Shown here in pieces: positions 51,774 through 60,292 of a stretch of 64,000 bases of DNA. A program made the position numbers and the translations under genes. Location of the stretch: the IMG/VR virus record IMGVR_UViG_3300011008_000022. One strand, written 5' to 3'. Position 1 is the first letter of the stretch. Every line of letters begins with the position of its first letter. Source of the stretch: a virus. Under the pieces are notes generated by a model. That model saw nothing but the letters and a program-made list of their open reading frames with translations, did not search any database and was not told the DNA's origin.

Positions 51774-54700
51774 ATGGCCGATAAACAGATATACATCAAA
51801 ATCAGTGCGGATTCAGCACAACCAGTAGCAGCCGTAAAAGCCATGCGCAACGAACTGTCGCGCTTGCAGAAGGCGTATGATGCCATCAACACGTCCACAG
51901 CTACTGGCGCTCAACGTGCCCAGAAACTGCAAAAGGAAATGGCCGACCTCCGTGCGCTCATCAAACAGCAGGAGGCTGACATGAATAAAGTGTCGAAGGT
52001 GATTACCAATCTGTCGAATGCGTCTTTGTCTCAGCTCAACCAGGCGCTTCGTCAGGTGAAAAAGGAAATCTCGCGCACCAGTGAGTCCAGCCCGAAACTG
52101 GAAGAGTTACGCCAGAAATACAAGGCTATTACCGACCAGATTAAGGTGATGAATGGCGAAATGATTAACATCAAAAAGCACATGGGCGAACTCTCCACGC
52201 AGACGGATTCCTGGCTGCAACGTGCCATCAATCAGCAGAAACAGCTGGTGGAGTCCACGCAGAAGACGAGTAGCGCTTATCAGGGACAGGTCAACATCCT
52301 ACACCAACTCCAAAACGAACAGGCGCGTCGTGCTGTCTCTACCATCAGCGATGGGGGGGCTTCTGCCGATGCACTCCGCACCGCTCGTGCTAACCTGGTG
52401 TCTTATCGCGACCAACTGGGTAAGGGTGGCATCCTGCCGGCATCGGGCAATGTGGCTACTGAGATCGAGCGCATCAATGCCGAACTGAAAAAGTGTGATG
52501 ACCAACTGGACGCTATCGCTGGCAAGGAGAAACAGATTGAATTGACCACCGACCAACTCCAGCAAAAGGCTGATAATATCATCCTCGACCCCAAGAAATT
52601 CTCGCCAAAGGAGATAAAGGCTGCCATCGATGAGATTCAGAAGAAGTTGAACAACCTCGGCACGAATGATACTGCTCGTAAGAAACTCAACGAACAGATG
52701 AAGCAGCTGAAAAACATTCTCGATGGTGTCGATCACGAACTGGTGAATATCGGGGACCTCTTGAAGCCTGGCAACCTCCGCAAAGCACCACTCGAAACGC
52801 TCCAAAAGGCTGCAAAGCAGTTGGAGAATGAAATGGCAAAGCTCAACCGCGACCAACAGCAGTATATCGATAAGCAAAAACAACTCGCCGCTATCCGTGG
52901 CGAGATAGAACGTACCACCGGCGCTATTAACCGTCAGGGGTCTGCATGGAAAACGACGTTTCGCAATATCTCTATGTACTTCGGTGTCTTCCAACTGTTT
53001 TCTATCGCTCAACAGAAACTGCAGGGGATGTTGCAAAGCAACCTGGCTTATTCTGACCAACTCGCCGACATCCGCAAGGTGACGGGTCTCGCCACCAAGG
53101 AGGTCAACGAACTATCTGACAGCCTGGCAACGCTCAACACGCGCTCTACGGTACAGGATTTGGCCGACCTCGCTTATCAAGGCGGTAAGATGGGATTCGG
53201 AAAGTACGGTGTAGAAGGCATGAGCGCATTCGTCCGCGCTGCCGACCAGGTAAAGGTGGCGCTGTCTGATGACCTCGGCGATGACAGCCTCTTGCAGATC
53301 TCCAAGCTCGTCGATACCATGGGACTGATACCTAAACTGGGTGTCGAACGTTCCATGCTTGCTGTCGGCTCATCCATCAACCAGCTTTCGGCCACTTCTA
53401 CGGCATCAGGAACGCATATCGTGGACTTCGCGAAGCGCCTCACAGGTCTCTCGCGTATCACGGGTATCACAACGCCGGAACTACTGGCACTCGGCTCGGC
53501 TGCCGATGCACTTGGGCAGGCTCCTGAAGTCGCGGCCACGGCTTTCGGTAAACTCTTCACGTCGCTGCAAACCAACCACAACCTGATTGAACAGCAGCTG
53601 AACATGGAAAAGGGCACCATCAACAACCTCTTCTCACAGGGTAAGGCGATGGAGGCTATTCTTCAAATCATGGAGAAGATGCGCGAAAAGGGTAATATGA
53701 ATGCCCTCGGCAACATCTGGAAAGACCTCGGTTCTGAGGGACAGCGCCTGATAGGTGTCATGGCTACCATGTCTAAGAATGTCGATACCGTTCGTGCTCA
53801 TGTCGAAGAGTCTAACGTCGCCTTTGAGGAAGCTACGTCTCTTACCAATGAGTACGCTCTGAAACAGGACACAGCCAATGCCATTCTCGAAAAGGGTAAC
53901 AACCTCTGGGCAAAGGCTTTCACCAACCCTGAAGGGGTGGATATGGTCAAGCAGATGGCTCAGGCATGGTACGACCTCTCGAAGTCGATGACTTCCAACG
54001 AGGCTTCCATGTGGATAATGAAAAATCTCCTCGGACTGATTGCTGCTGAATTGAAGATACTCCTCGCACTCCTGCCGGCAATCCTCACAGGTTTGCTCTT
54101 CAAGGGTGCCTCTGTCGCTATCATCGGCCTCGCATCGTCTATCGGACTCATGGGTAAGAATGCGGTACTCGCCACCCTGCAGACAAAGGGATTGGTGGCT
54201 GCATGGCACGCCCTGAATACGGCTCAGAAGATGAACGTCATCGGCCTCTGTATCTCTCTTCTCACGGGTCTCGCTATCGCCATCGCTTCTGTCATCAAGA
54301 AAGGCAACGAGGCTACTACATGGATGCAGGGCTTCAATAGCACCATGTCCGACTTCAACCGTGAGTTTGCTATTGCTGACGACCGCCTGAAGCGCTTTAA
54401 GAAGGCTATCGATGATGCTGCTACTGGCTCACGTCAACGTGCAGCTGCCATCCGTAATTTCAACAAGGAATATGGGCAGTATCTCTCGAAGATGCTCACC
54501 GAGAAATCTACGGCTGATGATATCGCCAAAGCCTATAAGGAGGTGGTGAAGCAACTCCGTGCGAAGATTGCCCTTCAGATGAAGGAAAAGGATATCACCT
54601 CACAGGTGGCTCCTCGTGTCGGATGGTCTGCCGACCGCCTCACAGAATACGACAACGTGGCAGGTGGCTCTGCCTACAATGGCACATGGCTGAAAGCCTA

Positions 54701-57563
54701 TGTCGATGACATGAGGGCTGCCGGAAAGTCTGTCGAAGATATCAATAAAGACCTGGCAAAGAAACTGGGTGTCGAAGGCAAGGTGGCTCGTGATGCTTAT
54801 AACCGCCGTTCTGATAAGACTTTGCGTACTACTTTCTTCGATCAAGAGAGTTATCGGGCACAGGCGCAATATGATATGGATGGTGGTTTTGCTGCCGCCA
54901 GAAATACGACCCGCGCCCTCACCCAAGCCGAACAGATGTTGTATGCCGCTACTCGTTATGCTACGCAGGCGTACTCCGCATCCAACGCCATGAACCGCGT
55001 CAATAAGAAGTGGAAGCCGTTTGAGGAGGACCTATCGACGGTCACTGATGAGACTCCTGGCACCCTCGACAACGATGCACCCGATAAGGAAGCCGAGAAG
55101 CGCCGCAAGGCTGAGGAAGCGGCTCGACGCAAGGCGCTCCGTGCGGAAATGAAGGAGGAACAGGCTAAGGCTCAGGCTATCGTCGATAATGTCAAGAACT
55201 ACTACGAGCGTCAGATTGCTGCCATTACGGAAATGGCTACAAAGACGGGCATGGATTCTGAACTCCAGAAGAAACTCGTCGATGGTATGACCGTCCGCAT
55301 GAATAATGCACTGGCTAATGTCCGTCAGGCTATCGCTGGCACTGAGAACGATTGGGCTGACTTCCGCCAGTCGATGATAAATGACCTCTACGAACCGCTG
55401 TCTGAGGATGGTACTAACCAGTCCACACAGTTGCTCGATAACATCATCCATAATGATATCGACAAACTGAAGGAAATGATTACGGTTCTCTCGAAAGAAC
55501 TGGGACAGAATGGCTCTGTGCTTCTCGATCAGATATGGCGTAAGGCTACTGAGAATGAACTGAAAAACGCTAACCAACAGAACAAGGCATACCAGGAGCG
55601 TCAGAGGGTGCTTCTGGAAAAGAACTATACGGGCAAGGTAAACCTCGACTACGAGAACCAGATGGAACAGTTTGGTGTCGCCGAACTGACCTCTGAACAG
55701 ATTGCTCAGATGATGGGGTGGTCGCAGAAGGGTAACAACGAGGCTATCCAACAGTTTCTCGATGACCGTACCGAACAGTGGCAAAAGGCGTTTGCATCGG
55801 CCCGTAAGAATGTCGTTGACCTGCTCTCTGTCGATGCCAACAGTGAGGATGCACCTGATAAGGTGCTCACTATCCTCTTCGGTAAGGATTACAAGTCTTA
55901 TCTCGCCGGCACGGGCCTCTCGTCACTGCTCGATATGTCTGCCGACCAGTTCAAGGTGTTCTACCAGAAACTCATCGAATACTCTGATGCCTATACTGAT
56001 GCTCAGAAGAAAGCCTACGACGAGGCAAAACGTCGGGCGGATTTCATCTTTAATAACAATCCTACCATTCAGAGTATCGACCAGTCAACACAACAGCTGT
56101 CAACCATCAACAGCGACCAGCAACGCTTCGAGTCTGATAAGAACATCGGACAGCAGATGGGTATGTCCTGGAACATCGATTCTGACCCCGAAATTCTGCG
56201 CTATCGCCTGCTGGCTGAACGTGCCCGTCTCTACTATGAGGATATGGCGCGTCTGCGTGAACAGGATAAGATCTCTGAACAGCAGCTGACGGATGCAAAG
56301 CGTCAGATGATGGAGGCTCAGTCTAACATGGCCGACCAGGTGGCTCGTAAGTTCCATGAGCGGGTGTCTCTGCTCCAGAACTTCTCCGAACCGCTGAACA
56401 CCTTTGCCGAAGGGGTAGGGGAGTCGCTGGGTAACATGATCTACGACACCGAACAGTCGGATGTCAAGATGAAAGACTTGCTGAAAGACATGCTGAAGTC
56501 GTATGTGAAGATGTCGCTGCAACTTATTGCCCAGGACCTCACACGCCGTGTCACTAAGCAACTCTACTACCGTCAGGAGGAAATGGATGAGACAATGCAC
56601 CAGCAGACCATGCTGCAAATACAGCAGCTCTACCAGTCGCTGATGTTGACAGCTCAGACTACTGGCGATGCAGCGCGTCTTACACAACACGCCACATCGA
56701 ATGCTACCGAACTGTCAGCAGAGGCGGGTGCTACCACTGGTAAGGTGGGCCTCGGTATTGCCGGTGGTGCAGCTAAGATCATCGGCACCCTGGGCTTCTG
56801 GGGTATTCCGCTGATTGGTGTGATTACGGCACTCTTGATGGGACTGCTCTCTTGGGCTATCGGATTGGCTTTCGGTGGCGATGACAGCGGTGCCAGTGCA
56901 TCGGATGCTACGCCTAACGTCAAACTCGCCACAGGTATGTTGACGTATGACAGCGGTAACGTGCAGAGTGTGGGCAACGGTTCTCCCGTTGCTTCTCCCT
57001 CCGGCTATGCGCCCTCCGCCTCTCCTGGTGGTAGTGGTGCGCCCGCTGGTGCTGCCGGCGGGGATAGAACGCCTGTCCTCGGTTCTGATGGCTATGTCTA
57101 TCAGGCTCGCCAGGTGCCACAACTGCAGACGGGTCTCGTCACGTCGCCTATCGCCACCATGGTCAACGGACAACCGTCACTGGTTGGCGAACGTGGCCCT
57201 GAAATGGTGATTGGACGCGAGACAACAGCAGCAATGCAGATGGCACGTCCCGACCTCCTCGCGGCTATCGTGAAGTTTGATAAGAACTACTCCAATGGCC
57301 ATGCCTATCGCACCTATGACGAAGGCAACCTCTCCGACTTCGCCACCGTGCCCGATGGATCTCCATCGGGTGAAGGCACTCTCACCAAAGAGGATATCGA
57401 CGGACTCCGTTCTACGCTCTCCGAGTTTACAGCGGTCATGCTGGCTATCAAGCGCAACGGCCTCCATGTCAACAAGTACGGACGTGGTGGCATCGCTCAG
57501 GAGTCGCAGGATGGCGCTAATTTCATGCGTCGTAACTCCGGCGACCGTCTCTGGAAAGGTTAG
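51774..57563 (+). CDS. tape-measure-like protein (1929 aa)
   Basis: Long coiled coils, TP901-type core-like segment (DLADLAYQGGKMGFG..., TPELLALGSAADALGQAPEVAATAFGKLF), and hydrophobic blocks mid-protein and near the C-terminus. In-frame hairpin at 57351-57370. Confidence 0.7.
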   Translation: MADKQIYIKISADSAQPVAAVKAMRNELSRLQKAYDAINTSTATGAQRAQKLQKEMADLRALIKQQEADMNKVSKVITNLSNASLSQLNQALRQVKKEISRTSESSPKLEELRQKYKAITDQIKVMNGEMINIKKHMGELSTQTDSWLQRAINQQKQLVESTQKTSSAYQGQVNILHQLQNEQARRAVSTISDGGASADALRTARANLVSYRDQLGKGGILPASGNVATEIERINAELKKCDDQLDAIAGKEKQIELTTDQLQQKADNIILDPKKFSPKEIKAAIDEIQKKLNNLGTNDTARKKLNEQMKQLKNILDGVDHELVNIGDLLKPGNLRKAPLETLQKAAKQLENEMAKLNRDQQQYIDKQKQLAAIRGEIERTTGAINRQGSAWKTTFRNISMYFGVFQLFSIAQQKLQGMLQSNLAYSDQLADIRKVTGLATKEVNELSDSLATLNTRSTVQDLADLAYQGGKMGFGKYGVEGMSAFVRAADQVKVALSDDLGDDSLLQISKLVDTMGLIPKLGVERSMLAVGSSINQLSATSTASGTHIVDFAKRLTGLSRITGITTPELLALGSAADALGQAPEVAATAFGKLFTSLQTNHNLIEQQLNMEKGTINNLFSQGKAMEAILQIMEKMREKGNMNALGNIWKDLGSEGQRLIGVMATMSKNVDTVRAHVEESNVAFEEATSLTNEYALKQDTANAILEKGNNLWAKAFTNPEGVDMVKQMAQAWYDLSKSMTSNEASMWIMKNLLGLIAAELKILLALLPAILTGLLFKGASVAIIGLASSIGLMGKNAVLATLQTKGLVAAWHALNTAQKMNVIGLCISLLTGLAIAIASVIKKGNEATTWMQGFNSTMSDFNREFAIADDRLKRFKKAIDDAATGSRQRAAAIRNFNKEYGQYLSKMLTEKSTADDIAKAYKEVVKQLRAKIALQMKEKDITSQVAPRVGWSADRLTEYDNVAGGSAYNGTWLKAYVDDMRAAGKSVEDINKDLAKKLGVEGKVARDAYNRRSDKTLRTTFFDQESYRAQAQYDMDGGFAAARNTTRALTQAEQMLYAATRYATQAYSASNAMNRVNKKWKPFEEDLSTVTDETPGTLDNDAPDKEAEKRRKAEEAARRKALRAEMKEEQAKAQAIVDNVKNYYERQIAAITEMATKTGMDSELQKKLVDGMTVRMNNALANVRQAIAGTENDWADFRQSMINDLYEPLSEDGTNQSTQLLDNIIHNDIDKLKEMITVLSKELGQNGSVLLDQIWRKATENELKNANQQNKAYQERQRVLLEKNYTGKVNLDYENQMEQFGVAELTSEQIAQMMGWSQKGNNEAIQQFLDDRTEQWQKAFASARKNVVDLLSVDANSEDAPDKVLTILFGKDYKSYLAGTGLSSLLDMSADQFKVFYQKLIEYSDAYTDAQKKAYDEAKRRADFIFNNNPTIQSIDQSTQQLSTINSDQQRFESDKNIGQQMGMSWNIDSDPEILRYRLLAERARLYYEDMARLREQDKISEQQLTDAKRQMMEAQSNMADQVARKFHERVSLLQNFSEPLNTFAEGVGESLGNMIYDTEQSDVKMKDLLKDMLKSYVKMSLQLIAQDLTRRVTKQLYYRQEEMDETMHQQTMLQIQQLYQSLMLTAQTTGDAARLTQHATSNATELSAEAGATTGKVGLGIAGGAAKIIGTLGFWGIPLIGVITALLMGLLSWAIGLAFGGDDSGASASDATPNVKLATGMLTYDSGNVQSVGNGSPVASPSGYAPSASPGGSGAPAGAAGGDRTPVLGSDGYVYQARQVPQLQTGLVTSPIATMVNGQPSLVGERGPEMVIGRETTAAMQMARPDLLAAIVKFDKNYSNGHAYRTYDEGNLSDFATVPDGSPSGEGTLTKEDIDGLRSTLSEFTAVMLAIKRNGLHVNKYGRGGIAQESQDGANFMRRNSGDRLWKG
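57351..57370 (+). repeat. hairpin in-frame inside the tape-measure CDS
   Basis: caccgtgCCCGATGGAtcTCCATCGGGtgaagg, encoding TVPDGSPSGEG. A decayed copy may lie at 56985-57004 (SPVASPSG). Confidence 0.75.
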
Positions 57564-57571
57564 TCACCGTG

Positions 57572-57591
57572 CCCAGCAGTTTTCGGCTGGG
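57572..57591 (+). terminator. family-A hairpin
   Basis: caccgtgCCCAGCAGttttCGGCTGGGttc. Confidence 0.55.
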
Positions 57592-57636
57592 TTCTCATAA
57601 ATTCATAAATTCATTAAATTATCAATTCATCAAATT

Positions 57637-57900
57637 ATGGAAGAAAAACTTTTCGCTCGTATCGTGGCGCTCCTCACCGCCCACTTCGACAACATGCCTG
57701 CAGCCGAGGACATCCACCTCGACGACAATCTGCATGAAGACCTCAATCTCGATTCTATCGACATTGTGGACTTCATTATGATGTGTGAAACGAACTTCAA
57801 CATTAAACTCGACATGACAGATGCGAAGAACACGCACACCCTGCGCGACCTCATCCGTTCTATCATCGAAGTAAAGCCCAGCCTATGCGACGCACAGTAA
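57637..57900 (+). CDS. acyl carrier protein
   Basis: 87 aa with the phosphopantetheine-attachment motif EDLNLDSIDIVDFIMMCE. Confidence 0.75.
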   Translation: MEEKLFARIVALLTAHFDNMPAAEDIHLDDNLHEDLNLDSIDIVDFIMMCETNFNIKLDMTDAKNTHTLRDLIRSIIEVKPSLCDAQ

Positions 57901-59117
57901 TCACGGGCATGGGCATCTGGTCCTGCATCGGTCAGTCCGTTCAGGAGGTGGCTCAGTCTCTCCGTCTTGGAAAGAGTGGCATCGGCATCGATCCTGAGCG
58001 TACCGCCTACGGCTACCAATCACCCCTTACCGGCATCGTGCCGCGTCCCGACATCAAGGCTCAGGGATTGCGACGCTCTCAGCGCATCACACTCTCCGAA
58101 CCTGGTGAATATGGCTACATGGCCATGAAAGAGGCGCTGACGATGGCTCCTGTCAGCGACCTCTATCGCTGTGGCCTTATCGTCAGCAATGACAGCACTG
58201 CTGGCGCTCTCGCTGAGACAGAGGCTATCATGGCGGAATACCATGACAGCCGACGACTGGGTGCCGGCATGGTGTTCCGCACCCTCAATAGCTCGGTATC
58301 TATGTCGCTGGCTTCCATCTTTGGCATCGGTGGCCTCACACTCTCCGTCTCTGCTGCCTGTGCCGGTGGTGGCCACGCTATCGGTCTCGCTCATTCGCTC
58401 ATTCAGTCCGGCCAACTGGACTGCTGCATTGTGGTAGGCGCTCAGGAGGTAGGACTACATGCCTATACATCCTTTGATGCACTCGGTCTCTTCAGCAAGC
58501 GTACCGACAACCCAGCAGCTGCCTCACGTCCGTTTGACACAGAGCGTGACGGCCTCGTGCCCTCTGGTGGCGCTGCCTGCGTTATCCTCGAAACAGCCGG
58601 ACATGCCGCTATGGGAAACAGAAAACCCTTGGCCATGGTCGATGGCTATGGCTTCTCCACCAGTCCCGATCTCGTTTCTCCCTCTTCCGATGCTATTTAC
58701 CAGTCCATGACCGCCGCCCTATCTGCCGCCACTGTGCCCAGCGGTTCTCCGCTGGGTCCTGGTATCTCCGCTATCATGGCTCACGCTACCTCCACGCCCG
58801 ATGGCGACCGTGCCGAGGCAGAAGCTATCCACCGCTTCTGTCTTGATAATGGTCTATCTCATCCTTTCGTCATCAGCACCAAGGCGCTCACAGGTCACGA
58901 GTGCTGGATGTCGGGTGTCTCTCAGATCGTCTATGCACTCATACAGATGCAAGGTGGTTTCATAGCACCAAACATCAACCTCCGCACCATCGACCCAGCA
59001 GCAGCTACGCTACGCATTCCAACAGCGCCAACCGTCACCACGCTAACCACCGTTCTCTGCAACGCCTTCGGTTTCGGTGGCACCAACAGTAGCCTGGTAA
59101 TCTCTCGCGCTGGCTAA
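57885..59117 (+). CDS. beta-ketoacyl-ACP synthase (FabF/FabB-type, Cys-His-His)
   Basis: RRTVITGMGIWS, active-site SAACAGGGHAI, AHATSTPDGD, TKALTGHECWMSG and NAFGFGGTNSSLVI. The start overlaps the ACP stop by 16 nt. In-frame hairpin at 58737-58756. Confidence 0.8.
   Translation: MRRTVITGMGIWSCIGQSVQEVAQSLRLGKSGIGIDPERTAYGYQSPLTGIVPRPDIKAQGLRRSQRITLSEPGEYGYMAMKEALTMAPVSDLYRCGLIVSNDSTAGALAETEAIMAEYHDSRRLGAGMVFRTLNSSVSMSLASIFGIGGLTLSVSAACAGGGHAIGLAHSLIQSGQLDCCIVVGAQEVGLHAYTSFDALGLFSKRTDNPAAASRPFDTERDGLVPSGGAACVILETAGHAAMGNRKPLAMVDGYGFSTSPDLVSPSSDAIYQSMTAALSAATVPSGSPLGPGISAIMAHATSTPDGDRAEAEAIHRFCLDNGLSHPFVISTKALTGHECWMSGVSQIVYALIQMQGGFIAPNINLRTIDPAAATLRIPTAPTVTTLTTVLCNAFGFGGTNSSLVISRAG
58737..58756 (+). 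repeat. family-A hairpin in-frame inside the ketoacyl-synthase CDS
   Basis: cactgtgCCCAGCGGttctCCGCTGGGtcctgg, encoding TVPSGSPLGPG, just before the AHATST histidine motif. Confidence 0.8.
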
Positions 59118-59124
59118 TCACCGT

Positions 59125-59146
59125 GCCCAGCGCCTCTCCGCTGGGC
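59125..59146 (+). terminator. family-A hairpin
   Basis: caccgtGCCCAGCGcctctcCGCTGGGC. Confidence 0.6.
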
Positions 59147-59265
59147 TTCGCTAACTATTCTTGTACTACCGCTCTGTCGGTAATGTCTTCATTCGGTGGC
59201 TGTGCTGTGAAGCACGGCCACCGCCTTTCTATCATCCTCTCCATCGCTCGTCACTAATCAAAAAG

Positions 59266-59285
59266 CCCAGCCGTTATCGGCTGGG
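59266..59285 (+). repeat. family-A hairpin in a non-coding region
   Basis: CCCAGCCGttatCGGCTGGG. Confidence 0.6.
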
Positions 59286-59562
59286 TCTCTATCTGTCTTC
59301 GTCTATTGTGTGGGACTGTATCGCCACCTCCGCGCTCATCGGTAATATCCAGCGCCGCAAGGCGCTGTGTCAGCGTCAGTGTCATTGGCTGGGGCACCTA
59401 CGGTGGTATCATTCACAGCGGCAACGCCGCTGTCCTCTATATAGCGCAAATAGGCGCATATTACCCCAATTTAATACATGGTGCAAAGGTAATCATTTTC
59501 CGCGACATCACCAAACTTTTTCGCCACTATTTTCTAATTATTTTCCCGCTCCCGTTCTGCAT

Positions 59563-59619
59563 GTCGCTATGTCATAGCGACCAGGACTCCTCTTCCACTC
59601 CCAGCCGTTCTTGGCTGGG
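59563..59619 (+). repeat. family-B, then family-A hairpin in a non-coding region
   Basis: GTCGCTATGtCATAGCGAC and CCCAGCCGttctTGGCTGGG. Confidence 0.6.
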
Positions 59620-60292
59620 CATATCTATCTACCCCGCGCCCCTCAGTGATGGCAAAAGTAATTTCGAGGATGGCATCTTTCTCCCTCTCTTTCCCCTATT
59701 TACCGCGCCTCTCCCTCATTTTTACCCTCCAAAAAGTAAAAATGACGTTATTTTGGCATACCTCATCCTAATTTTGCGAAAAATTCTTTTGAAGAAATGA
59801 TAAAATCCCGTACCCTAAAAGTGATTGAGCAATAAAGCGAAAGCTCCGCTTTCTCCTTTGAGTATCAACGAGTTGTGGGGGAACGGGGTAAGCAGTTAAG
59901 CGGTGCGTTTTGCTACTTTTCAGTGTAATTTCTGAATTTCTATTTTTCTCCTGTATGCGCTAAAGTTTGTAGAGAAATGGGTAAAAATAACTTTTTACTA
60001 TGATAATGTAATGAGTATCAACGACTTACACGAAAACAAAAACGTCTTTTTGATAACTTTTTCCAACTCTCCACAACTTTTACCCAGAATTTTCACCTTG
60101 CATGTTCCGATGGATGGGGCTGCAAAAAGTTATTTTGAAAGTTCAAGGAAGAAAATCTCCCCATTCAGGGAAAAATCTCCCTCGAAAGTGTTAAAACTTA
60201 TATCAAATTAGAAAATAATTGGTATTTTATTTTGTAAATTCAAAGTTTATCTTTAATTTTACGGCAAAATAACAAATATAATCTCAGTTTAT

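Noticed and set aside
52353-52359. G7 run in the tape-measure gene as a sixth contingency tract
   Set aside because: It is a G-run on the + strand, the opposite polarity to the five C-tracts. It lacks the AAT(T)A flank and lies mid-gene in-frame. It may still be slippage-prone but does not belong to the family.
59161-59800. ORFs 59161..59577 and 59306..59800 as genes
   Set aside because: Both cross hairpin elements, lack a promoter or leader, and have odd composition. A 43-aa minus-strand ORF (MTLTLTQRLAALDI...) also crosses a hairpin. Not supported.
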